The position numbers and the translations under genes were made by a program. DNA of 64,000 nt from Takakia lepidozioides (taxonomy: Eukaryota > Plantae > Bryophyta), in assembly GCA_030704615.1 (NCBI GenBank), contig CM060731.1, forward strand, positions 56,730,001 to 56,794,000. Direction: 5' to 3'. The notes under the pieces are model-generated. The model was not told the DNA's origin. It searched no databases and worked only from the letters and a program-made list of their open reading frames with translations. Shown piece by piece: positions 1-9,947 of this stretch (position 1 is the stretch's first letter; every line of letters starts with the position of its first letter).

Positions 1-2004
1 GCTTCGCACCACCTCAACTCTCAAATCCGATTCCTCCCGCACAACAACAGCAATGCAAGCAGACGTGATGTAAGTGCACAAATTAAGTCTGGGTGATGAG
101 TCGCTCTGTGTCTGTGGGACTGTGTCTGTGAGGATCGAAGTTATTGTGGGGCAACGATGATGACGTGGCCCGCGGAGACCTGAGATCGACCCATTTGGCA
201 GGCCGCAAATGGGTTCCGGCCCATTCTGTCGACACGTGGCAGAATCCACCTGTCAAGAAGCTGGCGAAGAAAGCGCAGGCTTTATCTCTAAGCATGGGAC
301 GCGTGGCGAAAGGCCGGCGGCGGGATGGCGGCCACATAAGCAGTATGCATCCACCATCCATGCACGCTATTAATACTTATGCGATAGAATTCTGGTGACC
401 GCTCAATTTGGAGACGATGGTGAAAAATGTAACGGTGAATTTTGGTCATTTTTACCTCAGGTAAATTTCATAAGGTGTCCCACATATGGGGCAACCTACA
501 AACTTGGAACTAATTGATTTCATGAATCCTACACAAAGTTGTAGGGTTTCAAAGTCTAAACCAATCAGAATGCTTGTATACACCAAGAGCCCTATGACCA
601 ATCACACTTTTGGGGGGGTTATATCAAATGATTGTTTGCCAAGTGACAAAAATGGAGAGTCTTGGGACCAGCACTGCATGCTGACAGAAGCGTTAATGGG
701 GTGTTCGGTCATAGACACCTATTCGGTCATAGGCCAACTTACCCTAGTTTTAGTGTAGCGCAAGAATAGGGTGCCATAGTGCCAAATCATCGTTGCCACA
801 TCATTGCTGCCATTTGTTCTAAAGCTGCCCAGATTGTCTGAAAAATTAAAATAAAAAATGAAAAGACGTCATCCTGCCACGTCATCAACGTACATTTCTT
901 TGAAGCTGCCAGGAGTTACTGGAAAAAGAAATGAATTATGAGATTCATTTTTGTCAAATCTTTTCTCCACTCACTCCACTATGGGCCTTGGCCAAACCTC
1001 AACAGACAAACGGCGAAGAGGGAAACTCGCCTACAACCCGGGGATGCCTCCACGTGAGCATGGCCACGTGAGCGTGTGAGCACGTGAGCGCAGCCAGGCT
1101 CACGCCACGTCAGCAGTTCTCGCCACGTTGGTTCACAGGTGTCACGGCACGTCAACAGTCCTCGCCAACATGGTTGACGCCACGTCATTTCCAAATGCAC
1201 AGACCTATAACCGCGGACAAAAGGTAGGTGCCTATTTCCGCAGAATGATTTATTTTTTCCAATCATTGCAGACTACATCTTTAACATCCAACCGACCGAT
1301 TGGATGAATGTAGGACTGTTGGAGGGATGAATATAACATGGATGAGTGCGAACAATGCGAAGGATTCATGAATGCAGGATGGATGAATGTAAAGGGAATG
1401 AGTGCGAACACTACGATGGATTGATGTAGTTTTTTCCCTGAAAGCAATTTCTCACTTTGTTGGATTTCTTATCTTTCAATATCATGTGGGGCCATGTCAA
1501 CCCGTGAATGTAATTAGTCATTCCGTTCGTACTTGGGACAAATGAACAGTCGCAACAAGTCAAAATACTTTTATGAGGATGAAGAAAAGTACATAGAAAC
1601 TTTGAAGGTCAATTTGACTCGGACTCATCATAACATATCCCCGCATCCTCTGCATCCAAGTCCAAAAATTTCATAACTCCGGACCTGGATGTCTACTCCC
1701 GCGTGCAGATCGGGTGATGGAGCCTCAGACATGCAAAGTGTCATTTCTTCTGCATACACAGGAAGCAAAGAACTGGGCAGGGGGCTGTCGAATACGGAAT
1801 CATCCCACATCATGGAGGCTTTTGAAGACCCACAGCTGTCTTTCCTGCAAGGGAGATCCAGAAAATTGGTATAAATAATAAAATCAATTATGCGGGCTAA
1901 CATGTCATCCAAAGACGAATGAAGAAGTCTATGCTCCTTCGCGGCCAATGCAGCTATTCTTCTCTGATACTCGTCCTCGTCGAGAGGCGCCAGCAAAAGG
2001 ACAC

Positions 2005-3060
2005 TGTCACGCGGCTTTTACTCACCCATCCCTTCGCTATCCGAGGCGGAAACTCCAAGATAGAAGAGTTGGAAATCTCTAAGTACTCAGCCCGCGCAGA
2101 ACAATCAGTCATGACCTACAGCTAGTGTATCATGGGGGTGTTTCCTATTTGTTTCCCTTTTGGCATTCATGTTAGCTACCTTACCATTGATAATTAAGTA
2201 TCAGTTTGCTTTATCAATCTATTGGATTCCATCAACTCATCCATTCATTCCACAGCTTCACTCAGATCTCTCTACACAGTGTGATTGTATCGTAAAAGTA
2301 TCCGATTATGATTTATCAGGTATCAGGCCGAAGCCATTGTGTCTCTAATCTGCTCTACAATATCATTACAGCCTTGCATATAACAAGCATCTACTCATCA
2401 TCTCTCTATCTTCACTTCCGTTCTTCATCTCTGCCCGATCCCCTCTCCTGCATGACCAAGAAGTCCTCTTTCCAATCATCATCCCAAAATTCCCCGCTCT
2501 CCCTTTATCTTCCTACCCGTGGTTCTAACCGTTTCCCTCACTAACCGTCATCTGTGAACTAACATGTTCCCTTCGCAGGTGTTGTTCCCCACAGTCGTTC
2601 CCTGTCCTGCTCTCCGTTCCCTATGATCGTGACAGTTGTGTCAAGCTGTGACTGGCTGTGTGAAACTGTGACGGCTGTGACTGGCTGTGCGACTGTGTTT
2701 GGCTGTGTCGGGCTGTGACTGGCTGTGTGGCTATGTCGGCTGTGCCGGGCTGTGTCGGCTGTGACGACTGTGACGGGCTGTGTTGGCTGTGTCGGCTGTG
2801 TCTGCTGTGACGACTATGACGGCTGTGTTGGCTGTGTCGGCTGTGACGACTGTGACGGGCTGTGTTGGTTGTGTCGGCTGTGACGACTGTGACGGGCTGT
2901 GTTGGCTGTGTCGGCTGTGACGACTGTGACGGGCTGTGTAACCCCCCTCTACAGTGCGCTGTTGTCACCCCTAAGGCTCCTGTTGGTCTCAGTCTGTGCA
3001 AAAATTAAGGGTACCCTACAGATCCCGTTAAGTGTCTAAGTCCCAGACAGTCCTCTAACA
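2005..3060 (-). repeat. 3' LTR of the Gypsy element (1056 bp)
   Basis: Starts TGTCAC at 2005, ends CTAACA at 3060; matches 14033-15070; PPT adjacent at 3061-3077. Confidence 0.96.
2625..2938. repeat. GGCTGTG(T/A)-core minisatellite inside the LTR (also at ~14655-14948)
   Basis: Runs of ggctgtgt/ggctgtgac/gactgtgac; copy number differs slightly between the two LTRs. Confidence 0.9.
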
Positions 3061-3077
3061 TTACCCCTTCCCCCCTC
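3061..3077 (-). other. Polypurine tract (GAGGGGGGAAGGGGTAA on minus strand)
   Basis: Purine run immediately upstream of the 3' LTR on the element strand. Confidence 0.9.
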
Positions 3078-3091
3078 AAAAAGCCGTGTCC

Positions 3092-6000
3092 TCACGGTTT
3101 ACTGATTTCGATTAGCAAACCTTTGTGAGTGAGCACCTTTTTGACGTTGAGAGTTTCGTGGCGGACTGTGTGTACGAGCCCTAGGTCTGTCTCTGGTTGA
3201 CGGAGATGGTTGGTCACTACCTGGATAAGTGAGGCCCTCTGGAGGCTGATATCGAGGTAACCTTTCCGGCATAGGAGACCCCCGTCGCTTCTTCTCGCCA
3301 TCTGAATTGCATAGTCTTCTCCCATGTCAAAAGAATTCGGTGAAGAAACAGTTGTATCAGAATCCTCATCGCCTCTCAGGTGTTTTAATTTTCGAACTTT
3401 TTGTGGAATCATCTGGGGCATACAATGCTGTCCTACCATGTCTGGAAGTTTATATTTTACAACTTGGTGTAACCGCTGAACAGCAAAATTGGTGTAGACA
3501 CTGAGCTCCTTGTCTGTCCAGGTGAGTGGGGTACCAATTACTGGTGCAGCGTGCAAGTATTTCCATGCCACATGTCCCTTATAGAAAATATCATCAATGC
3601 CGAATTTCTGTGTTGACAAATTGTTCCAGGCCGCTTGAAACCATGAACGAATTTGAGAATCCTTTTGCATCATAACTTTTGCGTCATATAGGTACATATG
3701 AGGTGGCACCGAAGGTAATACCCAATGATCCCCACTGGAATAACTCAGAAAGCGTGCTTGCATCTTTTGTTGCTCAATGTGATAACGTACTAGAAAACAA
3801 GCAGCGTAGTATAACCCGCATCCCATGACAATACTTGCTACCTCCTTGGTCTTGGTATAAATGAGTCCATGTACAACCTGGAAAGCAATCAATTCCCTCA
3901 ACATGGTACCTGCCTCGTGCCAGTATTGTGCAAAGTGATGATCTTCAATATGTCGATTGTTCGGAAGAACTTTAGTCCTAGTTGCCACTGGCAGCCAAAT
4001 ACGCATGATTTGGTAGTAATGTGCGAATGACTGCGGAGGACTAAATTCTTTCCAAGCCAAATCCAACATGATGGGAATTTGGTTGAAGGGCATAATCATA
4101 GCCCTACTGTACTCCCTTGCAGCTGGAGTTTTAGGTGGGTTAAAAACAGCATTGCCCCATACCTCAGGCTGTGGTGGCTGTGGTGTGGTTGTAGTAACAA
4201 CAGGTTCAGCTACTGGTACAGTGACTTGTTGTGGTGGTGGTGGTACTGGCTCTTGTATCATTGGCATCTCCTGCACCTCCTGTGAAGACTGAAAAGCCAA
4301 AGTTCTGGCTTGTAAATAAGAAGCCATTAGCTGTTCCTGAGGGATATAGACTCTTTTGTCGATGTTTGAAGTGAGGGCCTCCACTTGAGTCTGCAGTCCG
4401 TCTACATCCTCCTGTAACTCTGCTATCCTACTATAGACATTGTCTATAGTAGTTGTGGCAATGTTCTGCACTTGCAGTCTGAGCTCATTCATCTCGCTTT
4501 GGGTGAGCTTTCGTGGTGCTTTGCCCTCTACTGGCCCTTGTGCTAACCAGACCTGCATAAGGCTGTTATCCACCAAGTTGCTTGTGGTTCCCCTGAGAGT
4601 TTGCTCCTCTCTTAGCTTGTACACTTCTAATTGCTGTTGTAAAGCCTCCATGCGCTTCGCCTGAGGTTCAACCAAATTTGCATAAGCAGCAAGTAGATTA
4701 TTAGCTTCCTTCCAAGCCTTGTTAGTGACCGTGATTTCAGTTCTATTGGCCATGAGCGTTTGTTGCAACTCCACGATGTGCTTCTCTTGATCAGCTTCAA
4801 CCTGCCTGTATTGCTTGAAAGTATCCTCATTGCGACAGATTGTATTCTTCATATCGACAATGAGTTTCATTTGCTCAACATTCTCCTCTTCTGCCTTCGT
4901 ACATTTTTCCGCTTGACTGTTTATTTCTTTTGTAGATTGGTCAAGCATAGTTGTGAATGTAGCACATTGTATCGCCATCCTGTCATGCACTGTCTGCAAC
5001 TCCGTATGTAGTGCATTCACTTCTTGCAACTTGCTTTCATGCTGCACCTGCATTTGGTATAGCTGTTGCTTATGTGCTTCGTGCAACTGGTCTTGCGCGA
5101 GGCCTGCCTCAATCAATTGTTCCTTGGCCAATTGCAAAGCCGCTTCTGTATTTCCCAAGTCCTGTTGCATCTTGAGAGTGACCTCTTCATCGACCTTGTT
5201 TGCACACTCAGTGGCTAGTCGAGCCTCAAACTCCTTCCTGAGTTCCTCTCTCAAGGCTGTCAATTGGGTAGTTGGAACATGGGATTTGACATAAGTCCCC
5301 AACAAATTAAGTGTCCTGCCTATGGAACTCATCAGCATTGCCTGTTGAGGGTCATCATGGTGAGGTTGCTGCTGTTCCTCCTGATCCTCAACAGTGTGAT
5401 GTCTCACGAACCACTCAGGCCATTGTCCCACCAGATTTTCTTCCTGAACCACTTCATCTATCACCGGTGCTACAGTGTCATGACCTTCCGCCTGTGGTAC
5501 CTCTGACACAGGTGTGTGTATTATATGCACCTCAGGATTTCCCTTGGGCAACTGTTGCACCTCTGGGATCTCTGTCTCCTTGACCAGACCAGAATATTCA
5601 TAGAGAAGGTCCCCCTTCTCCATTTCTGCCACTATCTGTTCTGTAGTTGGAATATCTAACCCTTCTCTTTCCAAATCAATTATTTCTGGTTGAGCTGCAT
5701 GGACAACTTGTGACCTTGTGACAAGTCGATCAGCTGGCTGTGATGGTTGTGATACTGAAGTAACTTCCTCCTCCCTCTCTGAAGGTCCTGCTTCCAGTAA
5801 TAGCATTTCTCTGTGCTGCTGTGCCCCTTCCTGCACATGAGCTTGGGAAACATTATCATGCGGAATCCGTGAAGCCAGTGGATCCGCCACTACAGTCTTT
5901 CCCCGTCTCTGCCTCTTAGTCTCGGGTTGCCCTGCTAGTCCACCCTCACTGTGTGAAGAGCCTTGCTCTTCCATTGCAGTGGTTTCTGGCTCAAACACTC

Positions 6001-6400
6001 CCATCTCCTTTCTTTCTTGCGCATCAAGTATGCCAGGATCAAGAATTATTTGAGCAATGATTGGGCCAGACACTATGATAGGAGACTTTGCGGTAGTACC
6101 TTGTAATCTTTTCATCTCCTCCACCAGTGCGTTGTACATTATGTCCGCCCATTGTACCTCTTGTCCCTTCAGGCCTTTGAGTATTTCCTCCGTGAAGGAT
6201 CTGCTCAAATATTGTTGGTTCTGTTTCATGGCAATCAGAACGTTCAATACCTGGCCTACCTCTTTTAGCCCTGGGTACACAGCCTTGGTACAAGCATAAC
6301 CCTGAGTTTTAAAGAAACTCCCTTCTTGGAATAAGTCCCATATTTGCAGTCTTGCCCTATGTTCCTCCACATGCACCTGACCTGCTGGCAATCGAAACAA
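3092..6400 (-). CDS. Extra 3' ORF of the retrotransposon, 1102 codons; long Q/E-rich predicted coiled coil; function unknown
   Basis: Uninterrupted 3.3-kb ORF between integrase and PPT; heptad-rich segment at ~aa 380-690; annotated start is TTG, first ATG at MKQNQQ. Confidence 0.8.
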   Translation of the reverse strand: MFRLPAGQVHVEEHRARLQIWDLFQEGSFFKTQGYACTKAVYPGLKEVGQVLNVLIAMKQNQQYLSRSFTEEILKGLKGQEVQWADIMYNALVEEMKRLQGTTAKSPIIVSGPIIAQIILDPGILDAQERKEMGVFEPETTAMEEQGSSHSEGGLAGQPETKRQRRGKTVVADPLASRIPHDNVSQAHVQEGAQQHREMLLLEAGPSEREEEVTSVSQPSQPADRLVTRSQVVHAAQPEIIDLEREGLDIPTTEQIVAEMEKGDLLYEYSGLVKETEIPEVQQLPKGNPEVHIIHTPVSEVPQAEGHDTVAPVIDEVVQEENLVGQWPEWFVRHHTVEDQEEQQQPHHDDPQQAMLMSSIGRTLNLLGTYVKSHVPTTQLTALREELRKEFEARLATECANKVDEEVTLKMQQDLGNTEAALQLAKEQLIEAGLAQDQLHEAHKQQLYQMQVQHESKLQEVNALHTELQTVHDRMAIQCATFTTMLDQSTKEINSQAEKCTKAEEENVEQMKLIVDMKNTICRNEDTFKQYRQVEADQEKHIVELQQTLMANRTEITVTNKAWKEANNLLAAYANLVEPQAKRMEALQQQLEVYKLREEQTLRGTTSNLVDNSLMQVWLAQGPVEGKAPRKLTQSEMNELRLQVQNIATTTIDNVYSRIAELQEDVDGLQTQVEALTSNIDKRVYIPQEQLMASYLQARTLAFQSSQEVQEMPMIQEPVPPPPQQVTVPVAEPVVTTTTPQPPQPEVWGNAVFNPPKTPAAREYSRAMIMPFNQIPIMLDLAWKEFSPPQSFAHYYQIMRIWLPVATRTKVLPNNRHIEDHHFAQYWHEAGTMLRELIAFQVVHGLIYTKTKEVASIVMGCGLYYAACFLVRYHIEQQKMQARFLSYSSGDHWVLPSVPPHMYLYDAKVMMQKDSQIRSWFQAAWNNLSTQKFGIDDIFYKGHVAWKYLHAAPVIGTPLTWTDKELSVYTNFAVQRLHQVVKYKLPDMVGQHCMPQMIPQKVRKLKHLRGDEDSDTTVSSPNSFDMGEDYAIQMARRSDGGLLCRKGYLDISLQRASLIQVVTNHLRQPETDLGLVHTVRHETLNVKKVLTHKGLLIEISKP

Positions 6401-6838
6401 TTGCTGGAGGTATAGGGGAGTAACCGTCGAGACGCCCGTTACTCAGAACGACGCCGGCTCTTGCGCTCAATTTCCCTCCATTTTCTTGATCCTTTCTCTG
6501 TTTTCTATTGGTTGTATCCGCTGTGACTGGATTTTAGATTTTATTTTCTTTAGTGGACTTTCCCTGCTGGATAGTCCACTAGGATCACACATGTGACAAG
6601 AATTTCGCTTTTCTGTACTTGCCGTTCGTTCCATTTCCCTTTTTTCGTATTTATTAATGGGTCCGCCTTTCATCCCTTTTGACGGCCGTTCTTGTCCTCT
6701 TTCTTTATGACACCTGTTCTTGCACTTTCTTCTCAGCTGTGTGTCGCGCCCTGACTTCCACGTGTCTATTTTTAAACTAGTTTCCGTTTTTTCTTCCGTC
6801 AGCCATTTTCTTGAAGTTGTTATGCTTCCACCTGTCAC

Positions 6839-9800
6839 TCATTCTATGGATCGTGTAACCCTAGTAGGCTGTGTTGAGCTGTGACAGGCTGTGTCATACT
6901 GTGTTACGTTGTGATAGGCTGTGATGCACTGTGGTAAGCTGTGATAGGCTGTGACACGCTGTGGTAGGTTGTGATAGGCTGTGTTGCGCCGTGCTGGGCT
7001 GTGATAGGCTGTGTCACGTCGTGATGGGCTGTGATAGGCTGTGTCACGTCGTGATGGGCTGTGATAGGCTGTGCTTTGCCTTGATGGGCTGTGATAGGCT
7101 GTGTCACGTTGTGATGGGCTGTGATAGGCTGTGTCACGTCGTGATGGGTTGTGATAGGCTGTGCTTTGCCTTGATGGGCTGTGATAGGTTGTGCTTTGCC
7201 TTGATGGGCTGTGATAGGCTGTGTCACGTCGTGATGGGTTGTGATAGGCTGTGCTTTGCCTTGATGGGCTGTGATAGGCTGTGTCACGTTTGTTTTGCCC
7301 GCCCTGGTCATATATGCTCGGCCTAGCGACAAGTGCTCCATACTCCGTTCGTAACACTGGTGCAGCCCGTGACTGCTCTTGCGTTTCAACATGCAAATCA
7401 TGCTGCAAGGGTTTGTCATGGATACCACTGTACCCCTTCAACTTATTGGCATTGACTCTTCCCAGCATTTCTTTGTTAATGGTTTGTAACATGGCAGTGT
7501 TGTTATCATACATCTCTTGTATGACATAAGGTCCTTTCCATGGTGATTTAAGCTTAGAAGCTTTAATCTTTCCCTTTTTCTGCAACCATAGAACCAAATC
7601 TCCCGTCTTAAAGGTTTTTAACTTGCCTTCATCAAACTGTTCCTTCCTCTTCATCTGAATTCTGGTCATATTATCAGCTGCATCAGCACGTACTTCTTCC
7701 ACATGGTATAATTCATGTTTCCTGACCTTAATGGAATCTTGCAATTCCATTCTTTTTCCCCACTCCGTTCTCATGGTAGGTAACAGGAATTCCACTGGAA
7801 GTAAGGCTTCCATACCATAAACTAATTGGAATGGTGTATACTTAGTGGTGACTTTATAGGAAGTCCTGTATGACCACAAAGCTGTCAGCAGCTTTGTATC
7901 CCAATCCGTTCTGTTTGCATTGACTATCTTAGCCAAGATAGTACATAGTATTTTGTTGGTAGCCTTTGCCTGCCCATTACCCTGTGGGTAATATGTTGTA
8001 CTCTTTCTATGCACAATCATGAACTCTTTAGTCAACAACTCAATGGTCTCATTCATGAAGTGACTTCCCTGATCACTGATAAATTCTAAGGGACAGCCAA
8101 ATCGTGTAAGTATGTTCTCGTACAGGAACCTTGTTATGGACTTGGCTGTGTTGTCCCTCAAAGCTTTAGCTTCCACCCACTTCATAGTATAATCAGTGGC
8201 TGTAATTATGTACCTGTTCCGTGTATTCTTGGCTGGTGGGTTTATCGGTCCAACAAAGTCTAGTCCCCATTTCTGAAATGGTTCCGTAGGCATTGTAGGA
8301 TGCAAGGCCATCCTTCCAGATCTCTGCAAAGGTCCTAGCCTCTGACATTCATCACAACTCTGACAATACTCGTGTACATCTTTGAACAAAGTAGGCCACC
8401 AGTAACCTGCGAGTAGTATCTTCCTACTGGTAGTCTCTTCTCCAAAATGACCTCCAGCCACTCCTTTATGAACTTCCTCCAAAACTTTATTTACTTCATG
8501 GTGGTACAAGCATCGTTTTAGTACTCCATCAGGTCCTAGCTTATACATTCTGCTTCCTACCATAGTATAAGGTAAAGCTTTGATAGCGATTCTCTTCCTC
8601 TGCTCCTTACCATAACTAGGTGGGCACTGACCATGAGCAAGGTAGTATCTGATTGGCCACTGCCAATCTAACCAGTCATCTGCACTTCCCTGCACCTCCA
8701 CTGCAAAGAGACTCGCATCTGGTAATTGATCATCTATTCCTGTGGCTGGTTCTCCTGTTGATAACCGTGACAAATGATCCGCCACAAGATGCAGTCTCCC
8801 AGGCTTGTAAACAACCTCGAACTCAAACTCGTGCAAGATTATCAACCATCTTGCTATTCTCCCGCTTATCAGAGGTTTGTTTACCAGGTATATCAGAGCC
8901 TGGTGATCCACATAGAACATAAACTTCTTGCCCAACAGGTAATGCCTGAATTTCTTCACTGCATAGATCATTGCCAATGCTTCTCTTTCCGTTGTGCTAT
9001 AGTTCCTTTCAGCACTGTTCATCAACCTGCTAGCATAGTACACAGGTGAATCTATATTTCCTGTAACATTCTGGGCTAACACCGCTCCCAATGCTTCTCC
9101 TGATGCATCGCAGTGAACATGAAATACTACATGCCAGTGAGGGTTAATCAGCACAGGTGTAGTTGTTACTGACAGTGTAAGTTCCTCAAACGCCTGTTGA
9201 CATTCAGCTGTCCAGGCAAACACTGCATCTTTCTTCAGTAGTTTGCTCAATGGTGCTGCTATTTGTGCATACCTTTTGACAAATCTTCTGTAATAACTGG
9301 TTTGCCCAAGGAATCTCCTTAAACTCTTAACATTCACTGGTGGTGGAGAGGCTTTAATGGCCTCTGTCTTCCTGGGATCCACAAGGAGTCCCTTCTTACA
9401 CACAATGTGTCCCAGAAGCACCCCTGAGTTCACACAGAAAGTACACTTCTCTGGATTCAGGCCCAGACCTCTCATCCTGCATCTGGCCAAACATAACTCC
9501 AATTTATGCAAGTGCTCATTCTTAGAGCTGTACACACTGAAATCATCCAAGAATACCTGCATGAAATCATCCAGATACTCATGAAAAGATTCACTTATCA
9601 CTCTCTGAAAGGTCGCTGGTGCATTACAAAGTCCAAAGGGCATGACTTTGTATGCATAAGCCCCCCATCTGTGATGAAAGCTGTTTTCCCTTGGTCTTCT
9701 TCTGCCACTTGCACTTGATTATAACCACTGAAGCCATCCATGAATGAGTACATCTCATGGCCTGCCACAGTGTCTAATACTGCTTCTGTGAATGGCAAAG

Positions 9801-9942
9801 GGAAAGGATCTTTCTTCGTACAAGCATTCAGCTTCTTATAGTTCACACATACTCTTAGTTTGCCATTCTTCTTGGGAACTATAACAATGGGTGACAACCA
9901 AGTTGTATACTCTATTGGGTATATAAACTTAGCCTCAGCCAA
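6839..9942 (-). pseudogene. pol: pol: reverse transcriptase, RNase H, integrase (one frameshift near 9660)
   Basis: RT motifs MDGFSGYNQ, MPFGLCNAPATFQR, VFLDD; RNase H CDASG...NYSTTEREALA...ADHLSR; integrase HHCC (HKGVAGGH..CDEC), WGLDFVGP, SDQGSHF, YYPQGNGQA. Confidence 0.95.
6866..7290. repeat. 30-bp minisatellite (gtgatgggctgtgataggctgtgtcacgtc variants) read in frame at the integrase C-terminus
   Basis: About 10 well-conserved units plus degenerate ones, translating as [D/S]TAYH[S/N]PSR[R/Q]. Confidence 0.92.
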
Positions 9943-9947
9943 CTTCT

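Noticed and set aside
2621-3001. His/Ser/Arg-rich ORF and similar ORFs at 6904-7428, 6961-7326, 14650-15099
   Set aside because: By-products of stop-free minisatellites.
3092-6400. env gene
   Set aside because: No signal peptide or convincing transmembrane anchor; dominated by coiled coil.
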